A DNA stretch of 64,000 nt from Prevotella sp. Its GTDB lineage: Bacteria; Bacteroidota; Bacteroidia; Bacteroidales; Bacteroidaceae. Below are positions 39,001-49,180 of this stretch, one piece after another. The translations under genes and the position numbers were made by a program. The stretch spans positions 1,444-65,443 of the forward strand of contig JAZQOH010000053.1 in assembly GCA_045627725.1 (NCBI GenBank), written 5' to 3'. A model generated the notes under the pieces. That model searched no databases and was not told the DNA's origin. It saw only the letters and a list, made by a program, of their open reading frames with translations. Position 1 is the first letter of the stretch. Every line of letters begins with the position of its first letter.

Positions 39001-40080
39001 TTATTTGATTATGTGATTTATTGTTGTTTTCTTCAAGTTTTCCATTGCGACATCCTTATGCATAAGAACTTCCAACGGACGATTATCATTTTCGTTTATT
39101 GATTGTATAGAGGCAAATCCTGCTTCTTTCAGTTCGCTTTCGTCTTCTATTGCTCCAGAAAGCAGATGAACAGGAATGCCTCGCATCTTAGCTCGTTTCA
39201 AAATACCTTTCGCAACCTTTCCCATCAGCGTCTGCTTATCTGATTTGCCTTCACCTGTTAGGATAAACTTTGCGCCTTTTATTTGTTCGTCAAATCGAAT
39301 AGTGTCTAGAATGAGGTCAATACCAGATTCTAACTTCGCTCCGAGGTATGCCATAAGTCCATAGCCCAGTCCTCCTGCTGCACCAGTTCCTGGATGATGG
39401 GCAAGGTCGGGTAGGGCGATGCCTTTCGCTTCTGTCTCTTGTGCAAAGTGTCGGAGTAGTTCGTCAAGGAATTCTACTTGTTCTTGCGTTGCTCCCTTCT
39501 GTGGTGCAAAGACGTATGCGGCTCCATTCTCGCCATATAAGGAATTGCTTACATCCGATGCAACGATAATCTCTACAGGAAGTGGCAGATGATCTTGGCT
39601 TTCCTCTTCGAGTCGCCGACCTCTTCGACGTTCAAGGCATTCTATCATACCTTTGCCTCCATCGCATGTAGCACTACCACCAATGCCCATAACAATCTTT
39701 TTGCATCCGCGCTCTACGGCATCGAGAATCATGTCTCCGACACCGTATGTTGTGGTGAGCATAGGGTTACGTTTATCCTTAGTCACAAGAGACAAACCGC
39801 TTGCCGCCGCCATCTCCATGTATGCAGTTGTTCCATCGGCTGAAACTGCATACCGCGCTTCAATCATCTGCATCAATGGATCATGCACTTTCACACTGAC
39901 CATTTTTGCACAAACAGCTTCGGCTATGCAGTCAACCATCCCTTCGCCTCCATCGCTCATTGGCAGACATACTACCTCTGCATCAGGATAAACTTTTTGT
40001 AATCCCGATGTGGCTGAATGGCAAGCTTCTCTTGCTGTCATGCAACCCTTGAACGAATCAAATGCGCAGATGAATTTCAT
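39001..40080 (-). CDS. Glycerate kinase
   Basis: AFDSFKG, SDGGEG, EMAAASGL, GGSATCDGG, FAPQKGA, GAAGGLG, TGEG..D.QT. Confidence 0.92.
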   Translation of the reverse strand: MKFICAFDSFKGCMTAREACHSATSGLQKVYPDAEVVCLPMSDGGEGMVDCIAEAVCAKMVSVKVHDPLMQMIEARYAVSADGTTAYMEMAAASGLSLVTKDKRNPMLTTTYGVGDMILDAVERGCKKIVMGIGGSATCDGGKGMIECLERRRGRRLEEESQDHLPLPVEIIVASDVSNSLYGENGAAYVFAPQKGATQEQVEFLDELLRHFAQETEAKGIALPDLAHHPGTGAAGGLGYGLMAYLGAKLESGIDLILDTIRFDEQIKGAKFILTGEGKSDKQTLMGKVAKGILKRAKMRGIPVHLLSGAIEDESELKEAGFASIQSINENDNRPLEVLMHKDVAMENLKKTTINHIIK

Positions 40081-40106
40081 TTATTTTGACCTCTTGTCGA
40101 GTATGC

Positions 40107-41024
40107 TTATTTTTCAATGATTATGTCGTATGAAGCATCGAAGCAATTGCCAGGTTCCAATGTCTGCATCCATGGCTTCTCTTCATAGTTGCCAGAGAAT
40201 CCTACGGCATCTGTTCTGCCGTACCAAGGCTCTATGCAAACAAATGGTGCTCGTTTCTTTGGAGGCGACCATAGACCTACCAATGGACTTGTAAATTCAA
40301 GTGAGAGGTAAGCGCTCTTGTCATTATCGCAGAGAGTTACCTTTGTAACCTGTGAGTTCTCAAAGATAAGTGCGTCATTGTTGAAGGTGTTTACGTCAAG
40401 TGGCAGATAGCCTTCTTCGTCAAGGCTTATCTCTGCCTCCTTGCCAACGCAGCCTCCTTCCGTTATTACCGAGATAGGCATTGTCTTTGCTGTTGATTCA
40501 ATCTTGAAGAATCCTCTGTTGTCAGTTTCTGCTAATGGTTTCTCCATAGCAATCACACCTCCTTCTATGTCATTGTTTGTAAGCAATGGCCAGAAGAATG
40601 CAGGATGTGCGCCTATCTGGAATGCCATCGTCTCATTGCCGATATTCTCCACGTGCCACAGTACTCTAACCTTATTGTCTATAAGTTTATAGCCAATCTC
40701 AAGACGGAAAGGGTAAGGGTATTTTTTTATTGTTTCCTCAGAAGAAACCAGTTCATAGCGCAGTTCGTCCTCTGATTGGGAGATAAGTGTGAAGTCCATG
40801 TCACGGGCGAATCCATGCTGTCCCATCTTGTAAACGTTGCTGTGTGAGCGGAATTCGCCATTCCATACAGCACCTACTATAGGAAATAGTACAGGCGAGT
40901 GACGCTTCCAGAATGCTTCATCTGCCTGCCAGAGATATTCGCGACCGTCGTGTTTGATAGATGCCAGTTCTGCACCATGCTCCTTTACGGAAATAGTTAT
41001 TCGCTTGTTGCTAATTGTATTCAT
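40107..41024 (-). CDS. Aldose 1-epimerase family (LacX-like) protein
   Basis: GAELASI..EYLWQ..FWKRHSPVLFP, HGFARD, GAHPAF, FVCIEPW. Confidence 0.9.
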   Translation of the reverse strand: MNTISNKRITISVKEHGAELASIKHDGREYLWQADEAFWKRHSPVLFPIVGAVWNGEFRSHSNVYKMGQHGFARDMDFTLISQSEDELRYELVSSEETIKKYPYPFRLEIGYKLIDNKVRVLWHVENIGNETMAFQIGAHPAFFWPLLTNNDIEGGVIAMEKPLAETDNRGFFKIESTAKTMPISVITEGGCVGKEAEISLDEEGYLPLDVNTFNNDALIFENSQVTKVTLCDNDKSAYLSLEFTSPLVGLWSPPKKRAPFVCIEPWYGRTDAVGFSGNYEEKPWMQTLEPGNCFDASYDIIIEK

Positions 41025-43306
41025 AAGGTTTTATTTGTTGTGATAAATTTCGATTCTCCAGGTTTAAGCGAGAGCTTATGCTGTTTCTTTTTCTCATCAT
41101 TGAAAGAATATCTTACAGTCACATTCTTTTCAGTAATATTTGCAATAAAGAACACATCCTTATCTTCAATTATTCTATGAGTATGCACAACGGAATCCTT
41201 TCCCTCTGTTATGAGCAATGGGCGTACAACGGATGCTCCATTCTTAAGAATCCTGACTCCAGCAGAGCGAAGCTGTTCTATTTTTTTCTGTGATTCTTGA
41301 GATACATAAATACCTTCTTCGATGATCAGAGCCTTATAGAATACGGAATCAGGTGTGATAAGGAGGCCATCTTCTGTTGCTGTGATTCTGTTTTGCAAAG
41401 CATCACCAGTACATACATCCCAGTCGAGTTCATCAATATCCTTTGGCAAACGATGCGTAAGTGTTTTGACGGGAACGTCATCACCAAGATAAATGAGTAC
41501 ATCGGGTGCAGCCTTGCCTTTGCGTAGTGTCTTCATTGTCTTGTTTATCTCGCGCCATATTGGTTTGAAATTCTTCCATTGCGGATTACTTCGGTTTATG
41601 GCATACTCTCTTCCTGCAACATATCTTGTTGCTTTCACGTCTGGAATGTGAGGTGTGGCACAAACAACGAACTCCTGTGCGCCCATAGAGAATGCGATAT
41701 CTGCAACTCTTTTTAGGTCAAGTGGCGAATCCTTGTATTCTGCATCAGTCATAGCTTCTGCTGATGCAATCTTCTTTCCGTAAAGATGTGCTGCAGAAGA
41801 ACAATCCTTTATGTCGTATGCACCTGTCTGTTGATAAGTCCAGAACTCTCCCTGAGGCTTTTCTACAACCTTCTTCGTTGCGATGGCATCGCCCGTGATA
41901 CATAGTGCATTGCCTATTGCCTGTGCGGTGAAATGAAGTCCGTTCTCGGATGCTTTACGCTGGAAGGTTCCATAGTAGTTGTCACGCATGCAATCACTTA
42001 CGGTAAGACGTAAATCACGTAATACTTGCTCCGTCTTTTCTCTTGACTCCATAACGTATCCAGCCAATACAGGTAGATAGCGTCTAAGGTCATAGCCACG
42101 TTTTTCCTTGAATTCATCCAGCATCAATGGTGTCCAGTTCTGCGAACCTCCTTCGTGTGAATCCATCGTAACGCCTTCGATGAGTTTCTGACCATTGCCA
42201 TTTAGTGAGTCAATGATTATCTGGGCATAACTGTTCCAATGCAATTCTGCTGCTTCACGTGAGAGTTTGTCACATTCATAGCCTAACAGATTCTGCCTGC
42301 CATGTTTTGTCTTTGCACCTGTCAATACGGAAACAAATCTTATAATGCGCCACTTTCCTTCTGGTACATTCCATTCTACATTTCCTTCTTCATCAACCAA
42401 GGCGGTAAGATCAATCACGCTTTCAGGGGCAATTATCTCATCACTGGTGTAATTTATCAATTCTCCATTTTCTATAAAATCACTCTGCAAGGCTGCCTTT
42501 TCTTCCCATCTGTCAGCTAATGCCTCTGTCCCTACGCTCCAATTCTTCAAGCGTAGGTTACCAGTATAGTTAACTCTCCAGAATCTGCCCTTGGTAGCAG
42601 GAAAGGCATTGGTGCGAATATAGTAACCCCCTTGACTGCTATACATGTTTTCTAAAGTTACCACATTGCGCCATGTAATGCTGTCGTCACTCACCTGTAG
42701 TGTGCCTATGTCAGGCATGGTCTCGAATTTTGCTCCCATGAACGTATCTGATTTGCCAGGAATCTGCATCGCACCGTTTCGGCCTTTACCCTTTGCAGAA
42801 TACTGTGCTGTAATATGGCGCATCATGCCATCGTCTTTGTAAGGTATGGCAAGGATGCTTATATCGTTAGCATAGCCGTCGCGTCCCTGAATCTTCGGCA
42901 AAGAGAATCGCTGTTTACCTTTTGCGGAAATGATTGTATCTGCAGAAACGACTCGTTTCATAGCATGAGTAGCATCAATCCATACTCCTCCAGCCACATA
43001 TCCGTTGGATATATTTATCTCAAAAGTCATGTCGGCATTCTTTGCCTCTTCTGCAGCAAACCTGAGATGCTTCCACCAATCAGAGGAAAACCCATCCTCG
43101 GCTCCATTGCTGTGAGCATCTTTTGCATGATTCTGATCGTAATATACTACGCCCGAGAATCCTGCATCCTTCAAAGCTTTAATATCTGCAGAAATGCCCT
43201 CGTTGGTAGTTCTCTCATATCCAAAGAACCACCACGTCTTCATTTGCGCATTTACATTAACAGATGCGACAAGGGCAAGTAGAATTATAATATACGATCT
43301 CATCAT
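41021..43306 (-). CDS. GH106-like glycoside hydrolase (alpha-L-rhamnosidase family)
   Basis: Signal peptide; TWWFF..GISADI, GYECDKLS, DSHEGG, PQGEFW, SSAAHLYG..AEA. Shorter than typical family members. Confidence 0.75.
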   Translation of the reverse strand: MMRSYIIILLALVASVNVNAQMKTWWFFGYERTTNEGISADIKALKDAGFSGVVYYDQNHAKDAHSNGAEDGFSSDWWKHLRFAAEEAKNADMTFEINISNGYVAGGVWIDATHAMKRVVSADTIISAKGKQRFSLPKIQGRDGYANDISILAIPYKDDGMMRHITAQYSAKGKGRNGAMQIPGKSDTFMGAKFETMPDIGTLQVSDDSITWRNVVTLENMYSSQGGYYIRTNAFPATKGRFWRVNYTGNLRLKNWSVGTEALADRWEEKAALQSDFIENGELINYTSDEIIAPESVIDLTALVDEEGNVEWNVPEGKWRIIRFVSVLTGAKTKHGRQNLLGYECDKLSREAAELHWNSYAQIIIDSLNGNGQKLIEGVTMDSHEGGSQNWTPLMLDEFKEKRGYDLRRYLPVLAGYVMESREKTEQVLRDLRLTVSDCMRDNYYGTFQRKASENGLHFTAQAIGNALCITGDAIATKKVVEKPQGEFWTYQQTGAYDIKDCSSAAHLYGKKIASAEAMTDAEYKDSPLDLKRVADIAFSMGAQEFVVCATPHIPDVKATRYVAGREYAINRSNPQWKNFKPIWREINKTMKTLRKGKAAPDVLIYLGDDVPVKTLTHRLPKDIDELDWDVCTGDALQNRITATEDGLLITPDSVFYKALIIEEGIYVSQESQKKIEQLRSAGVRILKNGASVVRPLLITEGKDSVVHTHRIIEDKDVFFIANITEKNVTVRYSFNDEKKKQHKLSLKPGESKFITTNKTL

Positions 43307-43422
43307 GGAATTATATTTGCAAAGTTACGAAGAAATTCGTAATAATTACGTCAAGGTGCGAATTTTTACGATAATTTATACTTTCGCGTACACAAATTGT
43401 CAACTTCAATTACCATCAAAAA

Positions 43423-43455
43423 AAGAGGCAAGTGCATTGATAACACTTGCCTCTT
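43423..43455. terminator. Hairpin downstream of purF
   Basis: AAGAGGCAAGTG / CACTTGCCTCTT with an A-tract on the left, i.e. a U-tract on the minus strand. Confidence 0.75.
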
Positions 43456-43479
43456 ATGGGTTTGTAAATTTATCTCGGA

Positions 43480-44949
43480 TTAGAGAGTGTGCTTTGAACT
43501 GCCATCGAAGCAGTGGGTGCAGACCTTGCACTTTGGAAGACCTATTGCCTCGATGATGGTTTCTATCTTGGTGAATTTCAGCGAGTCAAGGTTGAGACGT
43601 TTAGCTATTTCTGCAACCATTCGCTTGTATTCAGGAGAGTCGGTCTTTGCATACTGCTGGAGACGCTCCTCTGGGATGTTTATACTTTCTACGCTATGAG
43701 CATCGGCAAGCATTGTGGCATGGTCGGAACCTGTCTCAAAGTCCATGATTACACGACGGGCGATGAGCTCGAGTTCGCTCTTCGAAGCAGAGAAATTGAT
43801 GAAAGGACAGCCCCAGATAAGTGGAGGACATGCGATACGCATGTGAACTTCCTTTGCACCGAGATCCTTGAGAATCTCTGTGTTTTCGCGCAACTGAGTG
43901 CCGCGAACGATGGAGTCATCACAGAAGAGGCAACGCTTACCTTCAAGCATAGCCTTGTTTGGGATGAGCTTCATCTTTGCTACGAGATTACGCATCTCCT
44001 GATTTGAAGGCATGAATGAGCGTGGCCATGTAGGAGTGTATTTAGAGATGCAGCGCTGATAAGGCACCTGATGACCTGCTGCATAGCCTGTTGCCATTCC
44101 AAGACCAGAATCAGGAATACCACCTGCATTGTCCACCTCTGTCTCGTCTTCCTTACCCATGGCATAACCTGTCTCATAACGCATCTGCTCTACGTTCTTA
44201 CCCTCATAGAAAGATGTAGGGAAACCATAGTAAATCCAGAGGAATGAACAGATTTGCATCTGCTCTTCAGCCTTGCGAAGCACTTCCATACCGTCAGGTG
44301 TGAGCTTTACTATTTCGCCAGGACCTACGTAGTGCTTGATGTCATAACCGAGGTTAGGGAATGCAGTTGACTCCGATGTGGCAGCCATTGCACCATCCTT
44401 CTGACCTATAACGATAGGAGTACGTCCCCAGAAGTCGCGAGCGGCGATGATGCCATCTTCGGTGAGCAGGAGCATAGAGCAAGAGCCCTTGACATGCTTA
44501 TATACATTCTCGATACCCTCAACGAATGTCTTACCTTTTATTATAAGGAGGCCGATAAGTTCAGTTGGATTAATCTTTCCACTTGAGAACTCGCTCAAGT
44601 GCATATTCTCTGCAAGGAGTTTCTGTGCTATCTCTTCCTTGTTGTTCACCTTTGCTACAGTGACAAGGGCGAAGCGACCAAGGTGACTGTTCATAAGAAG
44701 AGGCTGAGCATCTGTATCGCTAATAACGCCGATACCGCTGTTGCCGTCAAATTTTCCCAGTTCGTCTTCGAACTTAGAACGGAAATAAGTGTTCTCAAGA
44801 CTATGGATGGAGCGACGGAAATCGCCTGTCTCCTCATTGTATGTTGCCATACCGCCACGACGTGTACCGAGATGTGATTGATAATCAGTTCCGTAGAACA
44901 AATCTGCTGCGCACTTGTGGCGTGCGATGGTGCCAAAAAAACCTCCCAT
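43480..44949 (-). CDS. purF: Amidophosphoribosyltransferase, MGGFFG variant without Cys1
   Basis: DDSIVRGT PRPP motif and Fe-S cysteines (QICSF, IACPP, VCTHCF). Confidence 0.88.
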   Translation of the reverse strand: MGGFFGTIARHKCAADLFYGTDYQSHLGTRRGGMATYNEETGDFRRSIHSLENTYFRSKFEDELGKFDGNSGIGVISDTDAQPLLMNSHLGRFALVTVAKVNNKEEIAQKLLAENMHLSEFSSGKINPTELIGLLIIKGKTFVEGIENVYKHVKGSCSMLLLTEDGIIAARDFWGRTPIVIGQKDGAMAATSESTAFPNLGYDIKHYVGPGEIVKLTPDGMEVLRKAEEQMQICSFLWIYYGFPTSFYEGKNVEQMRYETGYAMGKEDETEVDNAGGIPDSGLGMATGYAAGHQVPYQRCISKYTPTWPRSFMPSNQEMRNLVAKMKLIPNKAMLEGKRCLFCDDSIVRGTQLRENTEILKDLGAKEVHMRIACPPLIWGCPFINFSASKSELELIARRVIMDFETGSDHATMLADAHSVESINIPEERLQQYAKTDSPEYKRMVAEIAKRLNLDSLKFTKIETIIEAIGLPKCKVCTHCFDGSSKHTL

Positions 44950-45109
44950 TGAATGTGCTTGTTGTATTTATTTGATTCTTAATTCGACTGCAAAGTTACA
45001 ACAATTATCTCGCTTAACAAAGAAAATACGTTTTTTTTATATTTTGCAGTATGATTTTTTTTTATTAATTTTGCAATCAAATAACAAATCATAACTAAAA
45101 CTTACTAAA

Positions 45110-45784
45110 ATGAAAAAGACTTTCATCTTTATTTTGTTCTCGCTTGTCACTTTGGCGGGAATGGCGCAGAGAAAATCTGTATCTATCCTTGGTGATTCAT
45201 ATTCTACGTTCCAGGACTATGTTGTTCCTGACACCAATTTCGTTTGGTATCCTCTTCACGACGGAAACAAAAACGACGTGACGAAGGTAGAGGAGACATG
45301 GTGGCACATACTCCTTAAGGAAACTGGCTATAAATTGGAGCAGAACAATTCGTTCTCGGGTTCTACTATTGGCTACCATGGCTATGGCGACGAAGATTAT
45401 GAGCTGCGCTCGTTTGAAAACAGAAAGAGTTTCCTCGGATGTCCTGACATCATTCTCATCTTCGGTGGCACCAATGATTCATGGAGCGGCACGAAGGTAG
45501 GAGAATATAAGTATGAGGGATGGACAAAGAAGGATCTTTGGGATTATCGCCCAGCTTTGGCTAAGATGCTGGAGTTTATGAAGTTCCGCTATGTGAATAC
45601 AGATATCTATTTCATCCTCAATACCGAGTTGCGTGACGATATCACAGAGTCAACGCTCACACTCTGCAAGCATTATGATATCCCAGTCATCAAGCTTCAT
45701 GACATTGACAAACAGGCAGGTCATCCTTCTATCAAGGGAATGAAGCAAGTTGCTGAGCAGGTGAAGGCTGCGATAGTGAAATAA
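45110..45784 (+). CDS. Secreted SGNH/GDSL hydrolase (acetylesterase-like)
   Basis: Signal peptide; LGDSYS, FGGTND, DKQAGHP. Confidence 0.9.
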   Translation: MKKTFIFILFSLVTLAGMAQRKSVSILGDSYSTFQDYVVPDTNFVWYPLHDGNKNDVTKVEETWWHILLKETGYKLEQNNSFSGSTIGYHGYGDEDYELRSFENRKSFLGCPDIILIFGGTNDSWSGTKVGEYKYEGWTKKDLWDYRPALAKMLEFMKFRYVNTDIYFILNTELRDDITESTLTLCKHYDIPVIKLHDIDKQAGHPSIKGMKQVAEQVKAAIVK

Positions 45785-45790
45785 TTACGA

Positions 45791-45919
45791 AATACTAATT
45801 ACTAATGACTTAGTTACTTTTATAGTCAATATGTTTCGCGAACACCAATGACCTCAAATGTAAACAAGTAATTCGTCATTAGTAATTAGTATTCAAGTTT
45901 CGCTTGAGCAAAACTTGAA
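45791..45919. repeat. Perfect 19-bp inverted repeat plus AAGTTTCGC..AAACTTG hairpin
   Basis: AATACTAATTACTAATGAC (45791-45809) / GTCATTAGTAATTAGTATT (45875-45893). Confidence 0.85.
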
Positions 45920-46029
45920 TTGTCTTATTTTGCTAAATTCTTCCACATTATCGGAAGTTATTCGTATTTGTGGATAATTCTTGTTAACTTTGCAAAATAG
46001 AAATGTAACTAACTTATACAAAAACAGTA

Positions 46030-49000
46030 ATGAAAAGATTCAATAGAATGAGATTGCTTGGTGCAATCGCTGTTATGAGTGTCTTTACTGCTAATGCGTT
46101 TGCTAAAGGCACGGTGAACAAAACAGATCGCGGCATTGTCGTTTCCGTGGAGAAAGGACAGGCGAAACTTGTGCGCCTCGAAGTGATGGGTGACAAGATT
46201 ATACGTGTGTCAGCTACTGCGGAGAAGGGATTTGCAGATCCAAAGAGCCTTATCATCGTTCCTCAGACAGAGAAGGCACAGTACAATGTTGCTGAGCAGG
46301 GCGACGTAGTGACACTCTCTACCCAGAGCCTCAAGGCAAATGTTAACACAGCAACAGGTGAGGTATGGTTTACCGATGCTAAGGGAAAGACTATCCTCAA
46401 AGAGCAGAATGGCGGTGGAAAGACATTCAAGCCATACACCGTGACACAGCATCTCGTAGATGGTACTCCAAAGACATACAACGGATGGACAATCCGTCAG
46501 GTGTTTGAGTCACCAGAGGACGAGGCTTTCTATGGTCTTGGTCAGCATCAGGCAGATGAGTGGAACTATAAGGGAAAGAATGAGGAACTCTTCCAGTATA
46601 ACACTAAGGTGAGCATTCCTTTCGTGGTGAGCTCGAAGAACTATGGTTTACTCCTCGATTCGTATTCTATGTGCCGTTTCGGTAATCCAAACGACTACTC
46701 ACAGCTCTACAAGGTCTTTAAATTATATAATAAGGAAGGAAAGGCAGGTTCACTGACCGGTACCTATACATCGCCAAAGCAGAAGACACTCGTGCGCGAT
46801 GAGGATTCAATCTATTTCGAGAACCTCAAGTCGGCAAAGAATCTTCCTGCATTCAAGTTGGATGATGCTAAGGTTGTGTATGAAGGCACCATAGAGCCAA
46901 TGGAGACAGGCGAGTATCGCTTCTCACATTATTATTCTGGCTACCAGAAGGTGTACATCGATGATAAGGATGTATATACTGAGGACGTGATGGGCACTGG
47001 TTCTAATGAGCAAACCATCTGGCGTACTGCTTGGAATCCTAATGCACGCAAGTTCAACGTGAAGCTTGAGAAAGGAAAGAAGTATAAGTTCCGTCTTGAA
47101 TGGATTCCTGATGGTGGTGAAGCATACTGCGGTCTTCGTGCATACGCTCCTGTAGCAGACGAAGAGCAGCAGAAGTTGTCTTTCTGGAGTGAGATGACGC
47201 AGCAGCTCGACTACTATTTCGTTTTGGGTAAGAACAGCGACGAGGTCATCAAGGGGTATAGAACACTTACTGGTAAGTCGCAGATCATGCCTGACTGGTT
47301 GCTCGGTTTCTGGCAGAGTCGTGAGAGATATAAGACACAGGATGAAATTGTTGATGCTTTGAAGGGCTTCCGTGACCGTAAGCTTCCTATTGATAATATC
47401 GTGATGGACTGGAACTACTGGACGCCAGACGAATGGGGTGGTTTCACCTTCGATCCTACACGCTTCTCTTCTCCAAAGAAGATGATTGACGATATTCATG
47501 ACATGAATGCAAAGATAATGATCTCTTGCTGGCCAAAGTATTACTTCAAGGTTGATAACTATAAGGAACTTGCTGACATGGGCAAGATATACCAGCAGTC
47601 GATAAAGGATTCACTTAATGACTGGCTCGGATACAAGTATGCCTTCTATGATGCATACGATGAGTCTGCACGTAAAGTGTTCTGGCGTCAGCTCTATGAG
47701 AATCTCGGCACCATAGGCATGGATGCGTGGTGGATGGATGCTTCCGAGCCAAATGTGCGCGACTGTACCGATATCCCTTACCGTAAGCTCCTCTGCGGTC
47801 CTACTGCATACGGTTCTTCTGATGAGTTCTTCAATGCCTATTCCATCGTGAACGCAGAAGCTATCTATGACGGACAGCGTGCATACGAGACTGCAATAGA
47901 GAAGGGTGGCTATGCTGCTGATGACACCAAGCGTCTTCAGAACGTGGCACAATGGAATCAGGATGGTTATGGCAACAGCTTCTCGCCAAACAACAAGCGT
48001 GTATTCCTCCTTACACGTAACGGTTTCGCTGCTGAGCAGAGATATTCTACAGCTACATGGTCGGGCGACATCGGCACACGCTGGGAGGATATGAAGGCAC
48101 AGATAACTGCAGGTCTTAACTTCTCTATCTCTGGTGTTCCTTACTGGAGTCAGGACATCGGCGGATTCTCTGTTGAGAAGCGCTATGAGGCAGCACAGAG
48201 AGAGTTTGACAAGAGTGGCGTCGAGAACGAAGACCTCAAGGATTGGCGCGAGCTTAACGCTCGTTGGCATGAGTATGGCATGTGGGCTCCAATGTATCGC
48301 GTGCATGGTCAGTTCCCATTCCGCGAGCCATGGAACATCTCTCCTGAAGGAACTGAGACTTATGACGTAATCAAGTCTTGTCTTGAACTTCGTTATCGTC
48401 TCATGCCTTACATCTATTCACTTGCAGGCAAGGTTTACTTCGATGACTATACCATTATGCGTCCTTTGATTATGGACTTCAACGGCGACGACAATGTTAA
48501 GGATATCGCTTATCAGTTTATGTTCGGTCCTGCTTTCATGATCAACCCTGTATATACCTATAAGGCTCGCAGTCGTGAGGTTTATTTCCCAAAGAACAAT
48601 GTATGGTATGACTTCTTCTCTGGCAAGGTGGCAAGTCTTGGTGGCGAGAAGAAAACTGTTGATGCTCCTTACGACCGCATCCCTGTATATGTTCGCGGTG
48701 GTAGCATCGTGCCATTTGGTCCTTCTCTTGAATACACCCAGCAGAAGAAGGCAGAGAACATCCGCCTCTATGTGTATGAGGGTGCTGACGGTGAGTTCAA
48801 CCTCTATGAGGATGAGGGCGTGAACTATGGCTATGAAGCAGGTCGCTATGCTAACATCAAGTTCACTTGGAACAATGCAAAGCGTCAGCTCACCATCTCT
48901 GACCGTGAGGGTGAGTTCCCTGGAATGCTTCAGGATCGTACTTTCACAGTTGTCCTTGTAGGTAAGAAGAAGGCTGTGGCTTACAACCCAGAGGCAAAGG

Positions 49001-49047
49001 GAAAGGTTGTTAAGTATAATGGTAATAAGATAATCGTTAAGCTTTAA
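46030..49047 (+). CDS. GH31 alpha-xylosidase with PA14 insertion
   Basis: Signal peptide; YGLGQHQ, GFWQSRERY, WWMDASEP nucleophile, WSGDI, WSQDIGGF acid/base. PA14-like insert between residues ~230 and ~390. Confidence 0.92.
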   Translation: MKRFNRMRLLGAIAVMSVFTANAFAKGTVNKTDRGIVVSVEKGQAKLVRLEVMGDKIIRVSATAEKGFADPKSLIIVPQTEKAQYNVAEQGDVVTLSTQSLKANVNTATGEVWFTDAKGKTILKEQNGGGKTFKPYTVTQHLVDGTPKTYNGWTIRQVFESPEDEAFYGLGQHQADEWNYKGKNEELFQYNTKVSIPFVVSSKNYGLLLDSYSMCRFGNPNDYSQLYKVFKLYNKEGKAGSLTGTYTSPKQKTLVRDEDSIYFENLKSAKNLPAFKLDDAKVVYEGTIEPMETGEYRFSHYYSGYQKVYIDDKDVYTEDVMGTGSNEQTIWRTAWNPNARKFNVKLEKGKKYKFRLEWIPDGGEAYCGLRAYAPVADEEQQKLSFWSEMTQQLDYYFVLGKNSDEVIKGYRTLTGKSQIMPDWLLGFWQSRERYKTQDEIVDALKGFRDRKLPIDNIVMDWNYWTPDEWGGFTFDPTRFSSPKKMIDDIHDMNAKIMISCWPKYYFKVDNYKELADMGKIYQQSIKDSLNDWLGYKYAFYDAYDESARKVFWRQLYENLGTIGMDAWWMDASEPNVRDCTDIPYRKLLCGPTAYGSSDEFFNAYSIVNAEAIYDGQRAYETAIEKGGYAADDTKRLQNVAQWNQDGYGNSFSPNNKRVFLLTRNGFAAEQRYSTATWSGDIGTRWEDMKAQITAGLNFSISGVPYWSQDIGGFSVEKRYEAAQREFDKSGVENEDLKDWRELNARWHEYGMWAPMYRVHGQFPFREPWNISPEGTETYDVIKSCLELRYRLMPYIYSLAGKVYFDDYTIMRPLIMDFNGDDNVKDIAYQFMFGPAFMINPVYTYKARSREVYFPKNNVWYDFFSGKVASLGGEKKTVDAPYDRIPVYVRGGSIVPFGPSLEYTQQKKAENIRLYVYEGADGEFNLYEDEGVNYGYEAGRYANIKFTWNNAKRQLTISDREGEFPGMLQDRTFTVVLVGKKKAVAYNPEAKGKVVKYNGNKIIVKL

Positions 49048-49054
49048 TCCTTTT

Positions 49055-49153
49055 GGAGATAAAGGGAGATAAGTAGAAAATAAAGGGGAGATATAGGGAT
49101 ATTTGTAATGAAGGTTTATTACCATCGTCCCAATATCTCCCCAATATCTTCCC
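49055..49153. repeat. Tandem-plus-inverted GGAGATA / ATATCTCC array
   Basis: GGAGAT(A) at 49055, 49065 and 49087; ATATCTCCCC at 49133; ATATCTTCCC at 49144. Confidence 0.75.
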
Positions 49154-49180
49154 AATCACTCCTTATTAAATATAGAAAAG

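Noticed and set aside
45791-45893. 19-bp IR as an invertible (phase-variable) promoter
   Set aside because: No TAnnTTTG element on either strand inside, and no recombinase nearby. The GH31 -7 element (45985-45992) lies outside it.
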